Assembly (NCBI GenBank): GCA_038206395.1
Contig: JBBRAX010000061.1
Location: 1-46,654 of the forward strand
Source: Myxococcales bacterium
GTDB lineage: Bacteria; Myxococcota; Myxococcia; Myxococcales; Myxococcaceae
Direction: 5' to 3'
Length of the DNA stretch: 46,654 bases
A program made the translations under genes and the position numbers. Shown piece after piece: positions 16,441-23,900 of the stretch (its first letter is position 1; each line of letters begins with the position of its first letter). The notes beneath the pieces were generated by a model. The model saw only the letters and a program-made list of their open reading frames with translations, ran no database searches and was not told the origin of the DNA.

Positions 16441-17355
16441 ATGAAGAACGCACTGCTGGTGGCTGCACTGATGCTGACGGGTTGTGGGGTTTCGCAGACG
16501 GAAGAGACCGGGCCGGACGCGCTCGACACCGAAGGAAACGAGCTGTCGGCGAGCTCGCGGTCGTACGTCACGTTTCAGCGCGACTTCCGCAAGTGCGCTT
16601 CGCCGATGTGCGGCGGCTTCTTCGTGACGGACGTGAACCGGGTGAACCCGACCCCGAAGTACGTCACGGCGCTCGACTTCAAGGCCTCGGGCCTCGACCA
16701 GAAGGCGATCGACGAAGTGCTCGGCGCCGAGCTGCAGAACGTGGTGCTGCGCGGGAAGCTGGGCGCGCCCATCACCCAGGGCAACACGCTGCGCCCGTTC
16801 ATCGTCAGCGACGCCTTTCGCGGTATGCCCGGCGTGACCGCGGTCGCCGGCCAGCCGTACTTCAAGGTCGAGAGCATCAACGTCAACTGCATCAAGGCCC
16901 CGTGCCCGACGATGAAGGCGACGAAGCTGAACGCCGGTGGCAGCACGATGATCGACGGCCTCAGCGTGGCTGACGCGTCGCTGACCCGCGTGGATCATCA
17001 GTGGCTCGGTAACCGCGTCGCCGAGCACGGCGCGCTTCTCACCGCGAAGGTCATCAACGGCCAGCTGGTCTCTGGCACGTACGAGAAGATCCTCTCGGGA
17101 AGCCAGGTGTTCGTGAAGCTGCCCGAGGTCGCCGGCCCGTGCCCGTTGGTCAAGATGCCGCCGTGCCCGAACGGCAAGGTCCGCACGTACGAGCGCAACG
17201 AAGACCGCTGCGTGCTGCCGAGCTTCACCTGCGTCACCGGCGGCGCGTGCGCCCAGTTCGTCCCCGTGTGCGACCCAGGGTATGAGCTGCAGTCGTGGAC
17301 GGGCGGCAACTTCGCCTGCACCGTCTACGCGTGCGACCCGCAGTTTTCGCTGTAA
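16441..17355 (+). CDS. Lipoprotein of unknown function with Cys-rich C-terminal region
   Basis: AGGAG at 16421-16425 lies upstream of the ATG at 16441. Lipobox MKNALLVAALMLTG|C. C-terminal third is Cys-rich (CPLVKMPPCPNGK...CVTGGACAQFVPVCDPGYELQSW...CTVYACDP). Codon bias looks coding. Confidence 0.75.
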   Translation: MKNALLVAALMLTGCGVSQTEETGPDALDTEGNELSASSRSYVTFQRDFRKCASPMCGGFFVTDVNRVNPTPKYVTALDFKASGLDQKAIDEVLGAELQNVVLRGKLGAPITQGNTLRPFIVSDAFRGMPGVTAVAGQPYFKVESINVNCIKAPCPTMKATKLNAGGSTMIDGLSVADASLTRVDHQWLGNRVAEHGALLTAKVINGQLVSGTYEKILSGSQVFVKLPEVAGPCPLVKMPPCPNGKVRTYERNEDRCVLPSFTCVTGGACAQFVPVCDPGYELQSWTGGNFACTVYACDPQFSL

Positions 17356-17447
17356 GCGGCTACCCGCCGTCGAACGAGCAGTGACCGGCGACGCAGGAGC
17401 TGCGGCCGACGCAGGCTTCGCTGGCGCTGATTGTCATCGCGCCGATC

Positions 17448-17627
17448 GTGCTCAGCCTCTTTGCGTTCCACGCGCTCTACGCCCAATCGGGCCTCGGCGT
17501 GGGAATCGTGCTCGTCGGCCTCACCGCGTCCCTCGCCTGGACCCACCGCGCTGCCTATGCCCCGCTGTTTGCCGCGGCGGCGCTGGTGCCTGGGTCCGCT
17601 CCGTCGCGGCGCGCGGTGACGGAGTAG
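17448..17627 (+). CDS. Possible small two-helix membrane protein (start codon uncertain)
   Basis: A frame is open from 17385 to the TAG at 17625-17627 with very high GC3. It encodes ...LIVIAPIVLSLFAFHALYAQSGLGVGIVLVGLTASLAWTHRAAYAPLFAAAALVPGSAPSRRAVTE. There is no in-frame ATG; the first GTG is at 17448. This is why the ORF track did not list it. Confidence 0.25.
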   Translation: MLSLFAFHALYAQSGLGVGIVLVGLTASLAWTHRAAYAPLFAAAALVPGSAPSRRAVTE

Positions 17628-17650
17628 GCGCTGGAGCCCACCCGAAAACC

Positions 17651-17674
17651 TCTTCGATCGAATTCGATCGAAGA
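17651..17674. promoter_or_regulatory. Perfect 24-bp palindrome TCTTCGATCGAATTCGATCGAAGA (two tandem copies of the 10-bp palindrome TTCGATCGAA); candidate operator, copy 1
   Basis: Exactly self-complementary. Embedded in a locally lower-GC stretch. Flanked by CCCACCCG at 17636-17643 and GGTGGGTT at 17693-17700, an imperfect outer inverted repeat. Confidence 0.5.
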
Positions 17675-17767
17675 CCGAAATTGCTTTAACGGCGGTGGGT
17701 TGGCCAGAACCTGCGGAGGCTTCCTCGCCGCAGTGCGTTAGGGCTTCGATGGCAGCCGGCGCACTGC

Positions 17768-17787
17768 GTCAAAGTTTTCGATCGAAT
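17768..17787. promoter_or_regulatory. Second copy of the perfect 20-bp palindrome TTCGATCGAATTCGATCGAA; candidate operator, copy 2
   Basis: Identical 20-mer 115 bp from copy 1 (centre to centre). About 225 bp upstream of the NfeD/flotillin/ATPase gene block. A 9-bp inverted repeat CGCAGTGCG/CGCACTGCG lies just upstream (about 17738-17755). Confidence 0.5.
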
Positions 17788-18012
17788 TCGATCGAATCGC
17801 TTTCGGGTCTCGCGGCAGCGACGGGAGTCGTCGCGGCGAGGTGGTCGCCCGCCCGGCGGTGGTGAGCCGATCAAGCCAGCCAATCGGAATCGGCCAGCGT
17901 CCTCGGCGCGGGGCTCAGGCGGATCGCTGCCAGGAAGCCGAGACGGGGCGGCGCGATCGCCGTGAAGCGCTTCACTCGATTCACTGGCTGCCTTGTAGAC
18001 TCGCGCGCACGC

Positions 18013-18777
18013 ATGGACCAATTCCTCCGCACCATCGTGGCCTTTCCGGTCATGCCGATGACGGTCTTGCTGGGCGTGGTGCTCTGCTACTGGCTCTTCG
18101 TCATCCTCGGCGCAGTCGGCTTCGAAGGCGGCCACGACGGCATCACCGCAGGAGCCAAGGCTGCTGGCGAGGGCCTCACGGGTGGAATGAAGGCGGCGGG
18201 GGAAGCGGCCACCGGGTCGGCGAAGGCAGTCGGAGCGAAGGACGCCGGCGGCGAGGCCGACGGCAGCATCCTCGACATGCTCGGCCTCGGCAGCATCCCG
18301 ATCACCATCACCGGCAGCGCGGTCGCCTTCTTCGGCTGGCTCCTCACCATCTTCGGCACGAACCTGCTGGGCGGCGGAGCGCTGATTCAATCGGGCGTGC
18401 TGCTCGGCTCCCTGGTACTCGCGCTTCTGTGCAGCGCGGTCGTGCTTCGACCACTGCGGCGCGTCTTCGACGGGCACAGCGCGATCAGCCGCAAAGAGCT
18501 GCGCGGCAAGATCTGCGTGATCTCGTCGGGCTCGGTCGACAAGGCGTTCGGTACAGCCACGATGGAAGACGGTGGGGCCGGCCTGATGATCCACGTCACG
18601 TGTGCGCGCGCGAACCCGCTGAAGAAGGGCGATCGCGCGCTGATCATCGACTTCGATCCAGCCAAAGACTCTTACGAGATCGAGCCCATCGACTGGCTCG
18701 AGCCGCGTGAAATCGAGGCCTTGAAGGATCCAGCGATGGCGGCCGGCGTGCTCGATGCGCGCCTTCGCCAGCGTTGA
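18013..18777 (+). CDS. NfeD-like / YqiJ-like (DUF1449-type) inner-membrane protein, partner of flotillin
   Basis: The ORF is open from 17962; the ATG at 18013 begins MDQFLRTIVAFPVMPMTVLLGVVLCYWLFVILGAV (TM helix). Then a Gly/Ala-rich loop, further TM helices (ITITGSAVAFFGWLLTIFGTNLLGGGALIQSGVLLGSLVLALL), and a C-terminal soluble beta-rich domain (GKICVISSGSVDKAFGTATMEDGGAGLMIHVTCARANPLKKGDRALIIDFD) resembling the NfeD OB-fold. Directly upstream of a flotillin gene, as for E. coli yqiJ-yqiK. Confidence 0.6.
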   Translation: MDQFLRTIVAFPVMPMTVLLGVVLCYWLFVILGAVGFEGGHDGITAGAKAAGEGLTGGMKAAGEAATGSAKAVGAKDAGGEADGSILDMLGLGSIPITITGSAVAFFGWLLTIFGTNLLGGGALIQSGVLLGSLVLALLCSAVVLRPLRRVFDGHSAISRKELRGKICVISSGSVDKAFGTATMEDGGAGLMIHVTCARANPLKKGDRALIIDFDPAKDSYEIEPIDWLEPREIEALKDPAMAAGVLDARLRQR

Positions 18778-18867
18778 AAAAAGCAGCGCCTGACCTCGAT
18801 AAATCGGCCCACGCCGCGATGCGCTCCGTACTAGAAATTGCCCCTCGCCTAAGGGGGCCTCGTACAC

Positions 18868-20958
18868 ATGGATCAGAACATCATCACTTTGCTGATGGCC
18901 ATCGGCATCGGGTTCGTTGTCGTGCTCGGCATCGCGGTCATCGTCGCCCGCTTCTACCGCCAAGTCTCGCAGGGCCAGGTGTTGATCATCAACACCATGA
19001 AGAGCGAGCCGCGCGTCAGCTTCACCGGCTCCATCGTTCTGCCGATCATCAACCGGCACGAGATCATGGACATCTCGCTGAAGACGATCGAGATCGCGCG
19101 CCACGGCCGCGAAGGCTTGATCTGCGCCGACAACATCCGCGCCGACATCAAGGTCAGCTTCTTCGTCCGCGTGAACAAGACGGTCGAAGACGTGCTGAAG
19201 GTCGCGCAGTCAGTCGGCTGCGCGCGCGCGAGCGACGAAGGCACGCTGCAGGAACTCTTCGAGGCCAAGTTCTCTGAAGGCCTCAAGTCCGTCGGTAAGC
19301 GCTTCAACTTCGAAGACCTGTACCAGGAGCGCGAGAAGTTCAAAGACCAGATCGTGCAGGTCATCGGCAAGGACCTGAACGGCTACTTCCTCGAAGACGC
19401 GGCGATCGACCAGCTCGAGCAGACGCCGATCGAGCTGCTCAACAAAGAGAACATTCTCGACGCGCAGGGCATCCGGAAGATCACCGAGCTCACCACCGTG
19501 CAGAACGTGCTCACGAACGAGTTCCGGCAAACCGAGCGCAAGCAGATCACCAAGCAGAACGTCGAGGCCGACGAAGCCGTCTTCGCGCTCGAGCGCCAGC
19601 GCGCCGAAGCCGCCGCCAAGCAGAAGCGCGAGATCGAGACCATTCAGGCCCGCGAGTTCGCCGAGACCTCGCGCGTGCAGCAGGAAGAGCACACCAAGTC
19701 CGAGAACGCGCGCATCAAGGCCGAGGAAGAGGTGCAGATCAACGAGCAGAACAAGCTGCGCCAGATCGAGGTCGCCGGGAAGAACCGCGAGCGCGTCGTC
19801 GGCATCGAGGCCGAGCGCGTGCAGAAAGACCGCAACCTCGAGGCGATTCTTCGAGAGCGCGAAGTCGAGCTGATGCGCATCGGGAAGGAAAAGGCGCTGG
19901 AAGGAGAGCGCAAGGCCATCGCTGACATCGTGAGCACGCGCATCGCCGTCGAAAAGAAGGTCGCCGTCGAGGAAGAGCTGATCAAGGACCTGCGCGTCAC
20001 CGCCGATGCGCAGCGCAAGAAGTCCGCCGCGATCATCACCGCCGAAGGCGTCGCGCAGGAAGCCGTCGTCGCCAAGGTGAAGAACGCCGAGGCCGATGAA
20101 GAGGCGGCCCGTCACGAAGCGAAGACGCGCATCATCCAGGCCGACGCCGCGCTCGAGGCCGCCGACAAGGACGCGCGCGCCAAGATTCGCCTCGCCGAAG
20201 GCATTCAGGCTGAGGAAGCCGCCTCCGGTCTCGCTGACGCCCGCGTGAAGGAAGCGCAGGCCGTCGCGGCCGAGAAGCAGGGCATGGCGCAGGTTCGCGT
20301 GCGGGAAGCCGACGCGGCGGCGATCGAGAAGCGCGGCGCCGCGGAAGCCGCGGTCGAAGAGGCGAAGGGCATGGCGCTGGTTCGCGTGCACGCTGCCGAA
20401 GCCGACGTGCTTCGCACCAAGGGGCTCGCCGAAGCGGCCGGCATCGAAGCGCACGTCAAGGCCGAAGCGATGGGCATCCAGGAAAAGCTGCTCGCCGAGG
20501 CGCGCGGCATCAAGGAGAAGGCCGAGGCGATGAAGCTGCTGCAGGGCGCGACCAAGGACCACGAAGAGTTCCGCCTGCGCCTCGACAAGGATCGCGCGAT
20601 TGAAATGGAAGAGCTCAACGTCCGCCGCGATGTCGCGGGTCACCAGGCAAAGGTGATGGGCGAGGCCTTCAAGACCGCCAAGATCAACATCGTCGGGGGC
20701 GACGGTCAGTTCTTCGACCAGTTCATGAAGGCGGTCACCCTGGGCCAGCAGGTCGACGGAGCGATTCAGCAGTCCGAGTCCCTTCAGACCTTCCTCAAGC
20801 AGTACCTCGACGGTGAGGCCAACCTCCCGGCCGACCTGAAAGAGATCCTCAGCCGCCCGGGCCTCACGCAGGACGCCCAGAACATGGCGGTCGCCTCGCT
20901 GCTCACCCGGCTCGCGAAGTCGCCGGGCGAGATCATCGAAGGCAAGAAGAAGGGCTAG
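18868..20958 (+). CDS. Flotillin family (SPFH/band-7) protein, YqiK-like
   Basis: 696 aa. A GGGGG Shine-Dalgarno lies 7 nt upstream. N-terminal TM (IITLLMAIGIGFVVVLGIAVIVARFY). SPFH core (QVLIINTMKSEPRVSFTGSIVLPIINRHEIMDISLKTIEI...ADNIRADIKVSFFVRV). Long Ala/Glu-rich coiled-coil (EAxA-like) region. C-terminal flotillin tail. Confidence 0.85.
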   Translation: MDQNIITLLMAIGIGFVVVLGIAVIVARFYRQVSQGQVLIINTMKSEPRVSFTGSIVLPIINRHEIMDISLKTIEIARHGREGLICADNIRADIKVSFFVRVNKTVEDVLKVAQSVGCARASDEGTLQELFEAKFSEGLKSVGKRFNFEDLYQEREKFKDQIVQVIGKDLNGYFLEDAAIDQLEQTPIELLNKENILDAQGIRKITELTTVQNVLTNEFRQTERKQITKQNVEADEAVFALERQRAEAAAKQKREIETIQAREFAETSRVQQEEHTKSENARIKAEEEVQINEQNKLRQIEVAGKNRERVVGIEAERVQKDRNLEAILREREVELMRIGKEKALEGERKAIADIVSTRIAVEKKVAVEEELIKDLRVTADAQRKKSAAIITAEGVAQEAVVAKVKNAEADEEAARHEAKTRIIQADAALEAADKDARAKIRLAEGIQAEEAASGLADARVKEAQAVAAEKQGMAQVRVREADAAAIEKRGAAEAAVEEAKGMALVRVHAAEADVLRTKGLAEAAGIEAHVKAEAMGIQEKLLAEARGIKEKAEAMKLLQGATKDHEEFRLRLDKDRAIEMEELNVRRDVAGHQAKVMGEAFKTAKINIVGGDGQFFDQFMKAVTLGQQVDGAIQQSESLQTFLKQYLDGEANLPADLKEILSRPGLTQDAQNMAVASLLTRLAKSPGEIIEGKKKG

Positions 20959-20970
20959 CGACCAAGCCCG

Positions 20971-23900
20971 ATGGCCGAGCAGCCTGAACAGAAAGAAGCT
21001 GCCCTCGAAGGAGGCAGCTACGAGGTCATTCGCGCGCGCCTGCTCAAGCAGGCCGGTGAGCTCGGCGCGCGCGTCGAGGCGCTCAACGCACGCCGCAGGC
21101 AGGAGTTCGGCGGCCAGGAGCTCACCGTCATCGGAAACGATCGCGTCCGCACCGAGCACAACTGCGTGCCGCGCAACATCGTGCCCGTCGGCCGCCACCT
21201 GCTGCTCGGCTTCAACGTCTTCATGGGCCTCAAGCAGGAACGCGCGCTGAGCGACGTGTTCTCACTTCACAAGTTCGAGAAGACGGGTGAGGGCGCCTTC
21301 GACTTCGGGCCGGTGCCTGCCACCGAGGCAGGCGGCTTCCTCGTCGATCGCCGCTTGCAGAAGGACTTCGACGAGCTGACGCGGTACTACAAGGACGCCA
21401 AGCTCGATCGCCTCACCCGCACCGACGCGCGGATGTTGGCGGTGTTTCGCACCGGGCAGACCGCGCGCGACATCAAGGTGCTGCGCTTCTCGGTCGACGG
21501 CCAGGGGCTGCCGACCTACCTCGACAACCGCGGCGAGGCAGACCTGCCGCAGGCGAAGACGCACGACTTCGAGTGGACCCGCTGCAGCCGCGAGGCGCAC
21601 GTCACCGGCAAGCACCCGCACATCAACGTGCTCGATGAGATCTTCGTCGAGACCGTGAAGGGCGACCTCACCATCAAGGTCGAGAACAACACCGAGACAG
21701 GGCAAGGCGTCTACTCCGAGCCTGTCGATGACCCTGACCAGGCGCTCGACGACGCCGAGTTCTATTTTGCGAAGGTCGGCGTCCTCATTCTGTTGAAGGT
21801 GCTGCCGTTTCGAGAACAGAAGTACCGCTACCTCGTCTTCAACTCGCGCACCCAGTCGGTCGCGCGGCTCGACGCAATCGGCGTCTCGTGCATCGGGCTT
21901 CCGGAAGACCAGGGCATCATCTTCCCCGGCGGCTACGTGCTGCAGACGGGCGAGGTGAAGACCTTCGAAGGTGACGTCACCAACCTCACCTTCAAGCGCG
22001 TGGTGCGCAGCCCGAATGGCGAAGACGTGCTCTACGTCTTCTACAGTCCGGTTGATGGGCGCTACGTGCTGTTGCCGTACAACCTCGTCCGCAAGGAAGT
22101 GCTGAACCCGATTCACTGCCACGGGTACGCGCTGTTTCCCGATGGGCAGATGGTCACCTTCCGCTCGGCCAGCAGCGAGCCGACGCGCGTCCACCCGATG
22201 CAGGTGTGGACGACGCCTTTCGTGTCGGCGGAGGTGGCGGCGGCGGCTCCGAAGAGCACCTCGTTTCTGGGCAAGGTGGGCAATGCCGAGCTCGTGCGTG
22301 GGGTGTCTGACGCCTTCACGCTCAAGCGCATGGCCGAGGCGCCGAGCCCGACGCGCCGCACTTTCGAAGACTTGTCGAAGGCGTGCGAGCGGCTCACCGA
22401 CGCGTACTACTGGCTGGGCAACGCCGAGATTGGGCTGCGCGAGGTGGTCGCCGAGCTTCAGCGCGCTTCCGAGCTGATCGTCGACGAGTTCGAGAAGGTG
22501 CAGGCGCTGCAGCGCACCGCGCGCGAGGCGATTGCCACCGCGGCGACCCAGCAGGACGAGCTCATCAAACGGCTCACGCCGGAAGACCTGCGATCCACCG
22601 ACGCGTTCATGGACGCGCTGTCGTCGCTGCGCAAGCAGCGCGGCCGGTTGATCACCCTCAAAGACCTGCGCTTCATCGACGCCGAGAAGCTGCAGACGCT
22701 CGAGCAGCAGATCGTCGCCGCCTTCGAGAACGTGAGCCTCGGCTGCGTCGCCTTTCTCGCGCAAGACTCCGCGCTGACGCCGGTGGTCGAGAACATCGAT
22801 CGCATCGGGGCGCAGGCGCCGCAGGTGACGCGGAACTCCGAGCTGCAGCCGATTGCGGCCGAGCTCGAGAAGGTGGGCGAAGGGCTCGACGTGCTGGGCG
22901 AAGTCGTCGGCGGGCTGAAGGTCGGCGATCCCACCGTTCGCGCCGGAATTCTCGAGCGCATCAGCGACGTGTTCGGCCGGCTCAACCGCGTGCGCGCCAT
23001 CATCCAGGGCCGCGCGAAGGACCTCGGAAGCAAGGAACGCAGGTCTGAGTTCGGCGCCCAGTTCAAGCTGCTCTCTTTGAGCATCGAGAGCGCCCTCTCG
23101 CTCACCGACACCCCCGACAAGGCCGACGAGCAGCTGGCCCGCCTGTCGACCCAGCTCGAAGAGCTCGAAGGCCGCTTCTCTGAGTTCGACGAGTTCACGG
23201 GCGAGGTCGGTAACAAGAGAGAAGAGCTCTTCGAGGCGTTCGGAGCGCGCAAGCAGGCGCTGGTCGACGAGAGGCAGCGGCGCGCCGCGAACATGTTCAC
23301 CGCGGCCGAACGGATCCTCGAGGGCGTGGGGCGTCGCGCGAAGGCGTTGAAAGACGACGACGCGCTGAACGCGTACTTCGCCGGCGACCCGATGATCGAC
23401 AAGCTGCGCGCGCTCTCGGCCCAGCTGCTCGAGCTCGGCGACAGCGTGAAGTCCGACGAGCTCGACTCGCGGCTGAAGACGGCCCGCCAGGATGCGCTGC
23501 GGTCGATGCGCGACCAGCAAGAGCTGTTCGAGGAAGGCACGAACGTCATCAAGCTCGGCACCCACCGCTTCAACGTCAACACCCAGCCGCTGGAGCTCAC
23601 CGTGCTGCCGAAAGACGGCGCCCTTCACGAGCACCTCACCGGCACCGACTTCTCGCAGCGCCTCGACGCGCCCGAGCTGCTCGCCGCGAAGGACCTGTGG
23701 GACCAGACGCTGCCTTCCGAGTCGCCCGACGTGTACCGGGCCGAGTTCCTCGCCGCGCAGGTGCTGTTTGCGGCAGAGGCCGGTGACCAGGGCCTCACGC
23801 TCGAGACGCTGCGCGAGGCGGCGCGCGAAAAGGATGCGCTGACGGTGGTTTGCCGGAAGTGGGCGGCCGATCGCTTCGACGAAGGCTACGAGCGCGGGCT

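Noticed and set aside
16253-18012. tRNA or other structured RNA genes in the larger noncoding stretches (also 1-187, 37478-37689, 41800-41871)
   Set aside because: No T-loop (GTTCGAATC-like) or cloverleaf-compatible pairing seen by eye. The palindromes at 17651-17787 are DNA-symmetric operator-like sequences, not tRNA-like.
17962-18012. Upstream ATG (17962) as start of the NfeD/YqiJ-like gene
   Set aside because: The 17-residue extension MKRFTRFTGCLVDSRAR is possible. The ATG at 18013 places the first TM helix right at the N-terminus, as in YqiJ/NfeD proteins. Kept as an alternative start rather than a separate feature.
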